From: Eledone cirrhosa
Lineage: Eukaryota
Length of the DNA stretch: 64,000 nucleotides
Direction: 5' to 3'
NCBI GenBank assembly: GCA_964016885.1
Contig: OZ024742.1
Location: forward strand, 104,284,001-104,348,000
Under the pieces are notes generated by a model, which was not told the DNA's origin, ran no database searches, and worked only from the letters and a program-made list of their open reading frames with translations. Below, in pieces: positions 1-12,350 of the stretch (positions are counted from its first letter, which is position 1; the number at the start of each line of letters is the position of its first letter). The translations under genes and the position numbers were made by a program.

Positions 1-369
1 TCTAAGAACACACCATAAAAATTACTGATAAAAACATGCAAAATATTACATGAAACTAGAAACAGTCTTTGAAAACAGAAGATGGCACTCTTCACATGAA
101 AAAATTCTCTTTCTTGGATCAAGTAGAAGAATTTTGTCATTCTCTTTTAGTGTACAGCACTAAATAACAGCTGATCTATTCCAACCTCCTCCACTTATTG
201 GAAGGTTTTTATTCTGCCAAGTTAATCACAGATAATCAATAGGAGTAGCATACAAGAAGTTGTGATGTTCATGCCATAGGTGAAAATAAGAATGTGGGAT
301 TTTTCATGCCTCATGAAATATGAAGCCATGCCTGTTGCCCCCTCATATTAGGTCATTCCATCTAATCTA

Positions 370-596
370 GTTAATTTTTAACATCCTGTACCATATAAAA
401 CTGCATTAGCGAGACATTCTTGAAAAATATAAAAGCAGTACCATGACTGCAGAACATCAAAAATTAGAGCTTTTATACTCCAATATTGCAAATTTTAGCA
501 ACAATTTGTTCATTAGTAAAGATACTATAAACATTTGAATTAACAAACTTATTTTACATATTTTCTGCTAAATCATTACAGGATGTTAACAGTTAA
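370..596. mobile_element. TTAA-flanked MITE family C
   Basis: ttaacatcctgta...tacaggatgttaa inverted termini. Relatives at about 9939-10367, 34877-35077, 44900-45540, 54889-55112. Confidence 0.65.
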
Positions 597-992
597 TCAT
601 ACTTTGTTTCTATTTAAAATTTACATTTCTAAATATAAAAGCTGTCTCTCCTCTCACTGATAAATGGAGGGGACTTCCATTCTGGAAATCAAGGACGATG
701 GGAGATAAGGGCACGGGGTGAAAGTAGATAGTGTGAAGGAAGTGGGGTGGGAGGTAGAGATAAGAGACAGGAAACCGAAAATGAGAGAGAGAGAGTGAGA
801 GAGAGAAAGATAAAGGGTAGAAAACCCAAGTGTGGAATGGTAGAGAGTAAGTGAGAGTCAACAAAGTAAGAAACTGAGAGAAGATGGGGAAGAAAAGGAA
901 GAGAGGAATGAGTTTGGTGGAGAGAGATTGAAGAAGGTGAGAGGAAAAACAGCATGAGAGGAGGGCAAAGCAAACAAGACATGCAGCACTAC

Positions 993-1199
993 CGTAAGAG
1001 GAGGATATACCAGAGTCCATACTAGAATCATGCACTGATCCGTTGATGCCATTGACATATGTAGTACTAGTAGTAGTAGTGGTTTCCATTCGCCTCTTGT
1101 TGACTGTAGCATAGAGACTGCCATCTATTGGACCTTCAGAGTGCTGGATTGTCTCATTAATATTCACTGTGCCATCAATGCCATTAGCATTGACATCAG
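993..1199 (-). CDS. TNS: Tensin exon, linker with GP.DGSLYA motif
   Basis: tacAG|CT..., phase 1. (A)DVNANGIDGTVNINETIQHSEGPIDGSLYATVNKRRMET...DSSMDSGISSSY matches tensin H..GPLDGSLYA.V.K. The donor G|GTAGTG at 992 is less certain. Confidence 0.85.
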
Positions 1200-3301
1200 C
1201 TGTAATGGAAGAAATAAAAAGACATAACTTAATACTATTTATATTAGCTGTAATGAGAGAGAGACAGAAAAAAAAAAAATTTATTTATTTCAATAATAGT
1301 TTGGTTATTTTCATGTGTTGTGTGGGCTATAGTTTTTCTGATACAAACTTCCTGTCATATGACTTCACGTTGTTAGATTATTTGATTTTGAGGGCTTGTA
1401 TTTTGTTTCAAATGTTTGTTTATAGTTCAGGAGATGCAAAGAAAGGGTAGAGCACGAGCTAGTATATAATAGGGCCATAGTTGCCACAGATAATTATTTC
1501 TACTTTAGGAACAAGGACAGCAATTTAGGGCAAGGGGAAAGTAGATTAAATTGACCCCAGAACACGACTGGTACTTTATTTTATCAACCCTGTAAGGATA
1601 AAAGCCAAAGATAACCTTGGCAGGATTTGAACTCAGAACTCTATGCCACAAAGCATGGTGTCTGATACTTTACCAATATTGCCGATCCACCACTCTATAG
1701 TTGCCACAATAATAATAATTGTTTCTCTACAGAAACAACAGGGCAGTGGATTGGCAGAAACCATGCCTAAACCTCTTTAGTGTTGGTGACACGAAAAATG
1801 TACCCAGTACATGCTGTAAGGTGGTTGGTGATAGGAAGGGTATCCAGCTGTAAAACCTATGCTAAAAAGGGTCAAGAAGACTCTTCAGCTGTGTTGAAGG
1901 CACAACAACCCCTCTGGTGTTAGTGATCTACACAATAAACACATCCTGCCATAGACAATCTACCAAACAAAGGCTTGTGAGGACTCTTTAGCTGTGTCAA
2001 AGACATGACAACTTTCCCAGTGCTGGGGCCACAGTAAAATGCACTTTGTGCACTCAGTAGAATGCAGGAATGTATGCATGTTATAAGCAGGCTACCTGCC
2101 TGCCTGAGAAGTTCCAGATATGTACTGACTTGGTCTGTCAATCCATCTAACTCTTGCTAGCAAGGAAAATGGATGTTAACAGATGATGATTAGAATAATT
2201 CATTATTGAAATGGTCAGATTTCTTTAAGGCGGCGAATTGGCAGAGTTGTTAGGACGTCAGATAAGATGCTTTAAGGTATTCACCCCACCTCATTGCACG
2301 TTCTGAGTTCAAATTCCGCCACAGCCAACTTTGCTTTTCATCCTTTCGAGGTTGATAAAAATAGTACCAATCCAGTACTGGGGTTGATTCTTCCTCTATT
2401 GAAAAAAATCGGCTATGTTCAGACTTGGAACGGGTTGGGCTCTGCCAGGTTTAAAAGGGCCCTCGACATGCCGTATGACGGTGCCTCTACGACTCCAGAA
2501 GGAGTTATGGGATCTTTATCTTTATTCAGATTTCTTTGGACATTATGCAGTGAAAGTATAATAATTCAGTCGAAGGTTAGTTAATTTGGATTTGCAGATA
2601 GTCTTTCTCAAATTCTACTTCTCTGTGGATGTACAACGGCAAGAAATAGTACAACAGTTAATGGATATAGAAATATTCAAGATTCATAATATACATTTAA
2701 ATTCTTTCCTTCAGAAATAATTAATGGTTATTTCATATTGAAAATGTAAGACTTGGACTATTCTAAGAATTTAAATCTTTTGATACCAGAGTAACTGAAA
2801 TCACCCCTGGTTCTACATTACATAACTGCTTAATGAAGAGAAAATTACCATATGTATTTTAATATAAGCCGATATAAATAAATGCCAACCCCACTATTTT
2901 ATGTTCAAGAAATGGGCAAAAATCCAAACCTTATTTACGTAGAATTTAAAGTTGGCGAAAATCGTCAAAATATTGACAGTGAATATAAGAGCCCCCCACG
3001 ATTGATTTTGGGGTCATATATTCCTTGGCTTATATTTGTGTATACACAGTATATTACTAAATCTCTCCAAATTCTTGATAATTTTCAAAATGATTTGCAA
3101 ATAATAGACCCTGCCTTTCATGAGAAATATGGTAAAGAAAGTGTTAAGAAAGAAAAAAAAAAAAAAAATGGAATTGAGAGCAAATACAGCTATTAATTTG
3201 TATATGTAATGTATGTAAAAGGTAAACAGAAATAACAACACAATTGGTACAGTATATGGAAGGGATATATTAGGTTAACGCTTGATATAGCAGGAAGAAG
3301 G

Positions 3302-3337
3302 TCTTAACGTTTCAGACGCTAGTCCTTCATCAGAAGA
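3302..3337 (-). ncRNA. Minimal type I hammerhead ribozyme motif, Penelope-type
   Basis: Minus strand UCUU-CUGAUGA-A-GGAC(UAGC)GUCU-GAAA-C-GU-U-AAGA. Complete core, stems I and II, and a palindromic AACGUU stem III. Confidence 0.65.
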
Positions 3338-3520
3338 AAGAATGAGAAATAAGATAGATTGAGGGGACGGGCAGGTTGGAATTGGAAAAAAATGTCTTTA
3401 GATAAAAATAACAGGTCCATTCATGTTGACATCTCTTCCAAATGGAACTGTAGCTTCTGATGGAGCCATTGGGCATCATAGTGGCAAAGAGTGCACCGTG
3501 GGCATTTAAAATCTGGTGGA
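3338..3520 (-). mobile_element. Degenerate Penelope-like element 3' fragment
   Basis: Lies directly upstream of the hammerhead. Translation ...WKRCQHEWTCYFYLKTF weakly resembles a GIY-YIG C-terminus. Confidence 0.35.
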
Positions 3521-3883
3521 GGAGCTCATCCCTCTCCAGGCCTGAACACAACCAATTGTGATTGATAGAGAGATTGATAGAGAGGAAACAAGAAAGTGAC
3601 ATAGAGAGGAACCAATTTAATGGGGGTGCAAAGGGGGCAATTTCCCTGGGCCCCACCAGTGACGACTGTACCAATTTATTTGTACCCTTAGCAGGGCTTT
3701 TTAGTTTTAGGACGGTTGAATTTAATACCTGTATGTATACCTTTTCAATTCCAATTACTTGTGCCAATCTAACTTTGATATGTAAAATTGGGGGGATTTC
3801 TGTATATTCTATTTTTTTTGCGTGTGGAAGCCTCCATCAAGGTCTAATCCAACCCTGAAGAAGATAATAAATGAAAGACTTAC

Positions 3884-3994
3884 CATTAGTGCTGGATTCT
3901 ATTAAATTGTTGAAATTTCCATAGGAGTCAGAACGTATAAGACCATCACCACCATCATCAACTGGTACTTTCACATATGAATCAAATCCACTAA
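3884..3994 (-). CDS. TNS: Tensin exon, post-C2 linker
   Basis: ttttcAG|TT...ATG|GTAAGT, 111 nt, phase 1-1. (V)SGFDSYVKVPVDDGGDGLIRSDSYGNFNNLIESSTN resembles tensin DPLIRWDSY.NF. Confidence 0.88.
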
Positions 3995-4340
3995 CTGAAA
4001 ATAGAAAGAATGACATAATTCATTTTAAAGTCAAATTATTGTGTTATAATCATTGCCATCATCACCAAACTAAGTTGAAATGGTCTTTGTGTAAAGTAAA
4101 CCTATGAACATTCGGTGGATTGGCAGTATCGGTAGAGGGTCGGACGCCATGCTTTCCAGCATAGTTACATCCCTTTACGATCAGAGTTCAAATCCCACCG
4201 AGGTTCACTTTGCCTTTCATCCTTACAGGGTCGATAAAATAAAGTACCAGTAATACACTGAAATAATTGCTGGCCTTGTGCCAAAAAGTAGAAACAATTA
4301 TGTATAACATGTATTACTGAATAGACTTGGTTGTTCACTA

Positions 4341-4521
4341 TATGAGGGTCGACTGAAAGGTTCATAGGCCGACTATGAAGGATTGATGCTAGAGCTGTGA
4401 AATCTTGCATGCATTAATTTGAACTCTTCTTTCCAGAGACCATATTGAAAAATAAACCTCATTTGGTCCTTCCATGAGAGTATTTTGGTCAGTTTATGAA
4501 CTTTTCCAGCCGACCCCTGTA
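4341..4521. mobile_element. Mariner-type MITE
   Basis: tatgagggtcgactgaaaggttcataggccgac ... ggtcagtttatgaacttttccagccgacccctgta, imperfect TIRs flanked by TA. Confidence 0.65.
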
Positions 4522-7500
4522 TATATACAGAGTGTCCCCAAAATGTATACACACTTCAACAACATTCCAATAAAAGGAAATGAAGGCACAGATCAGTTTA
4601 TAATGCAAGATCTTTTTGTAATAGTTTCAAGCAACTTTGTCTTAATAATGTTTCTAATTACTGATGGCCATCTGTATTTCATTTGTTTTGGTGCTGAGTA
4701 TCCCACAGACAGATGAATCCTAACACAATTCTCAGGGTGATTCAGCATGACAAGGTTGGCTCTTTGAGTTACAGGCACAGTCTATTCAACAGTTTTCCAA
4801 ACAATTTGTTTATCGAATTTCACTCACAAGGTTAAAGTTGACTCGAGGCTATAATAAAGGACACTCGCCAAAGATGCCATGCAATAGGACTGAACCTGGT
4901 ACCTTATGAATGTGAAATGAACTCCTTAACTATTCAGCCATTTTGAGGCCATAAAGCTCCATTGAAGTAGTGGCAAAATAAATATAGATTTGTATGCATG
5001 TAATATATATAAGCATACTTGGGGAGGAGATGGGTACTGTCAAGTATTTCTAAGGCCCACTGAAATGCCATGATGGTCACACGGCCAGTGTCTAGAGTGG
5101 CACCCCAATAACTGACTGCACCAGTTACAGAAACTTGATTGTTTGAATATATATAAATAATTAATATATTATATATATTACTGTGTGGTTAAAAAGATTG
5201 CTTTAGAATCACATAGTTTTAGGCTCAATCCCTCTGAATGGCACCTTGATTAAAATGTTTTCTTCTCTAGTGCTGGGTTGGCCTATGCATTTGTTGACAT
5301 GACTATTTATATAAGACACAATAACTCTATGGTTAAAGTGTAGTAATAGTGACCATATGATTGGTCATGAGTTCTGTGAGATCTTACTCATGTCATTGTT
5401 TTGTTAGCAAGGACATCTAACTCTACTTGCTTTAATTCGCTTAAATAAACAGAAAACAAGTGTCACTCCTACTTCACAGTTATGTGGTTATTATTGGATG
5501 AAAATCACTCAACTGTAAAAATATTTGTGCAAGAAATATATAACAAATATGACACTCCACCCATGGGAAAATAGATGTAAAAACAAAAGCTGTAAATTAT
5601 AGCTATTACTAAAGTTATTTTGGCAATTAGTGTACAGATAATGATAACATTTCCTGATTTCTGATGTCTTTCAATAACCAAAGCATCTGTGTGACTTTAC
5701 CAGAAAAAATTGTTTCAGTTTTAGTTGGAGATATTAGTATTGTGTAGACAGTGAATTGGCAGACTTAGTAAGACACTGGATTACAAATGCCTTGGTATTT
5801 GTTCCAGCTCAATGTATTTTGAGCTCAAATCCAGCCAAGGACAACTTTGCCTTTCATCCTTTCGATGTTGCCAAATAAATTTATAGTCCAGTACTGAGGT
5901 TGATTCTTCTTATATCTCTTTCTAGAAGAAATCAGCTGTACTCTGATCTGGAAAGGGAAGGGTTCCACTAGGTTTAAAATGCCTAAGACATGCTCTGTGT
6001 CAGGAGGGTGGTCGTACGACTCCATTGTACACCTTATTAGTATTGCATCAATATTTGGGTTACTTTGTGTAAATGGCCAGTGGATGAAATGTAAGTTATA
6101 GAAGAATATTGCTTTGTATGGTTGGACATTTTTAGTTGTCATTGATTGTTTAACTCCAAATCAATGTTGGTTAAGCATCATCTTATGTCCACTTTTCCAT
6201 GATTGCATGGGTTGAACAGGTCTTTCCCAGTACAGCATCACTCCTCTCGCTGTGATCCTATGTCATTTCCTTTGTGAGTTTCAACAATTTGTAGTCATTC
6301 ATAACCACCTCCACTCAAGTTTCCTTCCACTGGGCTTTCTTGGCACTTCTTCACCCATCAATCATCATCCATATCCATATCTGCGCAGTCTTCTCTCTTG
6401 CACACTATATCTGATTTCTCTTTTATCCAGTTATTCTCTCAGTTCATCCATGTTTTATCTTTAACATTGCAAGCATATGTATGATTTATATATCTATGAA
6501 TACATTGTTCAAAATATCCTTTCATTTTTTAAGACAGTAGGGTGTGATGTGAGGGATATTTGGCAGTTGTACTAGTTATGAGAACCTAAGCAGGTCTGAC
6601 AAATATTATGATAAATCTCATTCACAGTTATCTAAATAAACTAGTGCCAACTATTTCTTATATTGGTCAAATGTTGTGGCAACAGGAATTGTTCATTGTT
6701 CACTGTCATCAGCAGCAGCATTTACCAGCTGTCTCCCTTGCTAGTAAGGGTTGTAAGGGTCTTCACCGACTGTGCCTGTACTTAAGGGAAGTTACTAACT
6801 TCTCAGATGGCCAAGGGAGGCCTACATCTTCCTAACATACATTCTTCTGTTCTACTGAGTGCATTTTATTGTGACACCAACACCAGGGAGGATGTCATGT
6901 CTTTGACACAGCTAAAAAGTCCTCCTGACTGTTTGTTTGGTAAGTTTTCTATGGCTGGATGCCCTTCCTATCACCAACTCCTTTACAGAGTGTACTGGGT
7001 GTATTTATTGTGTAGATCACCAACACTAGAGATGCTGTCATGCCTTTGACACAACTGAAGAATCCTTGTTATTATATCTTATGTAATTGTACAAAAGAAA
7101 TGGTGACATTATTGTAATGTATAGTAAGAAGTGATGTTTTCTGATGCTACTTGTAGGTAATAATGTAACTGATTTGTTTGGTGAAGCTATTTACTTGTTC
7201 TTATAGAGCCAAGATTTTAATTATTGCATGTATATATGGTGCACAGTGTCTAGTATGTATGTAGATGTGATTGTGATATCATGTTTATAGACATGACATA
7301 TGTTCAAGTAAGAAGACAAGTCTTGTGGGATCTCATTTAGGAAACAGTAGATCGTGCAGATTTTGTTGTCAAAAGATATGCAAACCTGCTGTCTTGAAAA
7401 TTAATTTGCCAACCATCATTTTATATAATTCTATGTAGTTTCCTAAACATTTTGGAAGGTCAATCTTAGGTTTGATATCAGGCAGCTGGTAATTTTATAG

Positions 7501-8010
7501 GAACCAAGGAGGCTTTTAGCTGGTTGCTCAATTTGCTAGAAATAGAAGCCAAATTGTCCTTTAACCCTTTTCATAGCTACATGCCTGAAACCACCCCAGA
7601 TTCTACAAATGAGAAGCATTTGTTTTAAAGAGACTCACAGAGAAGATGATGAGGAAACACAGTGAATGGAGAAATGGTGTGTTGAGAAGGACCTGTCCAA
7701 CCCATACAAACATGGAAAAACCGGTAAAAACAATGATGATGATGATATTCATATTTAAATTTAAACCATCCATCATAATTATTTGATATTATCTGTTTAA
7801 ATCCTGCCATGATCAACTTTGCCTTTCATCTTTTCGTAGTTGATAAAATAAAGCACCAGTCACATACTGGGGCTGATGTGATTACTTTGCCCTTCCCTCA
7901 AACCTGCTGGCCATATGCCTAAATTAGAAATCGTGTTTAGTATGGGTAACAGTCAGTCAAAACAGATGATACAACATTACTGGAAATAAAAATATTGCTA
8001 TAGCACCAAC

Positions 8011-8113
<103 letters not shown>

Positions 8114-9886
8114 CATCAAGTGACCTTCACTTATGCAATAAGATTCAACAGGAAATAAGTGTTTAGAAGAATGAAACCTTTTCATTAGTTGTCATAGTAA
8201 CCTTACCCCACCCACACCATATTGCACTGCTCTGACCCCACATCTCCCAATAACAGACAGCAAACTTTTACACAAAGACTTTTCATGTAGACTTTGGGAT
8301 ATTGTTAATAAGTAGTTTGAAGAGAGAGAGAGGGGGGGGGGGGGGCAGACAGGGGGGAATGCTCAAGTTTCAACACAGAGCAATATGTAGCTCTGAAAAG
8401 TGTATCATAAATTAAAATGTTACAAGAATATATCAGATTTTAATGAGGTGACATTACAGATGACATGAACATATACAATCTGTCTCTCTACCGCACATGC
8501 ATGGACACCTAAATGTATACTTCTTTGTGCATATATACATACACATTATATATATATATTATATACACATAAACACACACACACACATAAACATACACAT
8601 ACACACAACTATACATCACTCTTTCCCCCCATAGTTTGTTTTTGCACATTTATATTTAATACTAGCACATATTCTTTTAATAGCATCAGTGCTTTAATAT
8701 GCACTCACACAAGTTTGATATGAAAGAATAGCAACTATGTGGTTTTAGTTGCTAACAAAGTTGTAGACGCATCCATGTGACAGAGAGAGACAGAGACAGA
8801 CAGAAAGAGAAAGAAAAAGAAAGATAGAAAGTGAGGAGAAAAGAGAAAGGGGGAGTGAGAGGGAGAAAGAGAAAGATAGAGAGAGAGAGGACTACAATTA
8901 AGAGTTAATTAACAATATAGGCCACCAACAAAACTATTACTCTATTCTCATTGATGCCTTTTTTGTCTTTGACAGAGTTAAGAATTTAAAATATTTCCAA
9001 CAATGACCAAAGACTGCATATCATCATCATCATCATTGTCGTCACCACTACTAAAGTAAATGAGCCTCCGTTAGGTTTGATGATGAGTGTTCTAGTTGTT
9101 GAATGAACAGAACAACCTACTCATTAGATTAACATGTAAGTGGCTGAGTATTCCACAGACATGTGTACTCATAACACAATTCTGAGTGAGATTCTGTGTA
9201 ACACAATGTGTAACAAAGCTGGCCCTTGGAATTTCAGGCACAGTCCATTCAACAGGCTTCTAAACATCTACCCAATTTCACCCAAAGGGTTTGGGTCAAC
9301 CTGAAACAATGATAAAAGGCACCTGCTTAAGATGCCAGACAGTGGTACCAAATCTGGAACCTCCAAAATTGTGAAGCAAACTTCATCACCATACAGCCAT
9401 ACCACATCCACTATCCTCACTGGTAACATGATCTAAATTGGCAATGATGAATATTTGAGGAAACTTAAGTTCAAAGAAAAATTATGAAGAAAGCTAGACT
9501 GAAGAGGATTGTGTGTGCATTTCTGTGTGTGGTGACAAGTAAAAAAAATAATAATAATTGTTTCTACTTTTGGCACAAGGCCAGAAATATCCCAGTACAT
9601 TTCTGGTACTTTATTTTATCGACCCTGTAAGGATGAAAGGCAAAGTTAACCTTGGCGGGGTTTGAACTCAGGCCATAAAGGGACAAAAATAATAATAATG
9701 GAAGCTTGTAGATGGTTGATAGTAAAAGACAGGTAGTAGGAGAAGGGGGAGCAAAGATGTAGAGACTAACAGACCGATTATATCAAGGAAGATAAATTCA
9801 ATAAATGACAACCAACCAAAATTTATCAAAATCTTTAAAAGATGTGCATCAGCAAATACAGGAATATGTTGTTATTAGAAGCAATA

Positions 9887-10563
9887 TTAACCCTTCCTTT
9901 GACTGTATTTATAATGAAATACACTTTATTTCAATTAATTAACTTATAATATCCTGTAATGATTTTGCAAAAGATATCTAAAAACAGGTTTGTTAAATTA
10001 AATATTTAACCCTTTAGTGTTAAAACCGGCCAGAATTCTCTACCTCTTTCTGTTGAAACTGGCTGTAACTGGTCGCTCAAACTGATGTTAAGGTATTGTT
10101 CTCAAAATAAATACTTTCAAAAGCTCATAGATTTGATATTATGTGAGATAATTATGTGAGGTAAAGCCTTTACCATGAAAATATAATAGTAAATATAAAA
10201 TAATGTGCATGCTAAAGGGTTATAGTATCTTTACAAGTAAACATGTGAAAATTTGTAGTAAACTTAAGTAAAAACTTTAGTTTTTTATGTGATGCAGTCA
10301 TAGTGTTGTTTTGTACTTTTCAAGAATGTCTTGCTAATATGGTTTTATACTGTACATTAAGAGTTATACTGTGTGTTATGAGTTATTTGAAGAATTCTAC
10401 AGAATTTGCTAAAATTATTATTTCATCACTAACGTAGTAATTTAATGTATGTTTTTTTATACAAAATTATATTGAAAGTTTTATTTTAAATAGGAACTGT
10501 TTAAGATGTTTTGTTTTATAGAACCAAAGGCACTTTTGGCTGGGGTGGTATCAAAAGGGTTAA
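9887..10563. mobile_element. piggyBac-like MITE family B containing nested MITEs
   Basis: ttaaccctt...aaagggttaa termini. Relatives at about 15776-16233, 45640-45907, 49600-49828. Confidence 0.65.
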
Positions 10564-10939
10564 AGAAACCAGAAATATATTCTTAGTATTATTTCTTCCA
10601 GGAGATTTTGGTCTTTAAGAACCAATTCCTGATTAGTTGATATGGTAAACACTTCACATTTGCAATACCTTATTCATATTTTGGCATCAGAAGAAACCTG
10701 TTTTTACCTAACAAGGCCTAACTAGAAAGAAAGCATGAGAGAAATTAACTAATGTTATTAGTAGGACTGGACATAAGTAAATCCAATGACCCGGTCTTCA
10801 GTGATGCCACAATAACAAATAACGTTAGAGCTAACTACAATCTTATGAAAACTTGCAGAGAAATAAACATATATTTATTGATATACAGGAATGTTATAGG
10901 TTCAAGTGGATCCAATGGCTAAATCTTAGATAATCAACG

Positions 10940-11257
10940 ACAATAAAGATTAATAATAATATTGTTGTAATTGAGAAGAAGGAAAGAAACTGTACCCTCA
11001 TAGATGTAGCATATCCTTTTGACACCAGAATTGAAACAAAAGAGAAGGAAAAATATGAGATCTTGAAACGCTGGAGTAATGAAATGAAGACAGTCACCAT
11101 TGTCCCAGTGGTGATTTGTATTCGTGGTATGGTGACAAAGAACCTTGAAAACTACCAGTCAAAAATAAATTTTACACAAGAGATTGAACCACTCCAGAAA
11201 ACATGCCTACTAGGAACAGCCCTAATATTGAGAAAGGTTCTGGATTACCAGCAGTAG
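10940..11257 (+). mobile_element. R4/Dong-like LINE 3' remnant (RLE domain)
   Basis: IVVIEKKERNCTLIDVAYPFDTRIETKEKEKY...VTIVPVVI...LQKTCLLGTALILRKVL. Confidence 0.8.
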
Positions 11258-12122
11258 TGACATGACAGGAAATGATATGAAAATGTTGGAGCTGCCCTAG
11301 GTTACTAGTTGTAGCCTGGTATTCCTTAAAGAACCAACCCCAGGAAACATCAAAGTTGGTCACGATAAGTAGTCAAATAATAACAATAACAATAATTTCC
11401 TTATTGGCAACTAGAGCCAAAACACTACAGACAATACAAATAAACAAAGACAGAGAGGATTTACATAAATTAAGTTAACTAAAAAAACCACAGGTAACAG
11501 TACCAAATTAATAAACAATAGAATTACCTAATAAGGAGGAGTATCACGCAGGGCTAATGAACCCCAGAGATCCAAGGTAATAATAATAATAAGCAAAAGG
11601 TGATGCATTGTTAAGGAAGAGGTGTAGATGATTCAATGAACCCCAGTACATGACTGGTACTTATTTCACTGCTCCCAGAAGAATGAAAGGCAAAAAAGTC
11701 AACCATGTTAGGATCTAAACATAGAACACAGGATTGTTCCCTAAATATGAAAAAACATTAAAAAGTTACCCTGGTTAATAACAATAATAATAAGAAGAAG
11801 ATGGTGGAAAAGAAAAAGAACAACAGTAAATTCCAGTCTAGTAATTAAGGGACAGTGGTGATGACATTTTTGGAAATAATGATTTCTAAGGTAAATCATG
11901 AAGACTTTTGATATATCAAGTCAGCAACATGTGAAGTTGGGACATTCATGATATTTATACCTGTCACAAGTGAATGAGCAGAGTAAGTGTAAGTCAAACA
12001 CCTGAGATAGTAAATATGTGGAAGTCCCACATAAATGGTTTGAGAGCTTGCCACCACAGAACAGTGCCTGCCAATAAATACTGAAATGACAGTGCCGATG
12101 ATAAATACTACTACAGAGATAT

Positions 12123-12350
12123 CTAACCCTTTAGCATTTAAACTGGTCCTATCTGGCCAGAATTATCTCACCTCTTTCTGTTCAAACTGGACATAACCAG
12201 CCACTCATATTGATGTTAAGGTATTATTCTCAAATAAATAATATCAAAATCTTGTAGATTCAATATTATGTGAGATAATTATGAAAGATAAAGTCTTTAC
12301 CATGAAAATACAATAGTAAATATAGAGTAATGTAAATGTTAAAGGGTTAA
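12123..12350. mobile_element. piggyBac-like MITE family A (CCCTTTAGCATTT TIR, TTAA sites)
   Basis: aaccctttagcattta...taaatgttaaagggttaa. Other copies 10006-10223, 35318-35523, 48264-48492, partial 54148-54229. Confidence 0.8.

Noticed and set aside
610-1167. Stand-alone 185-aa membrane protein
   Set aside because: The N-terminal part is a tensin exon; the hydrophobic part is translation of a CT-rich intron tract.
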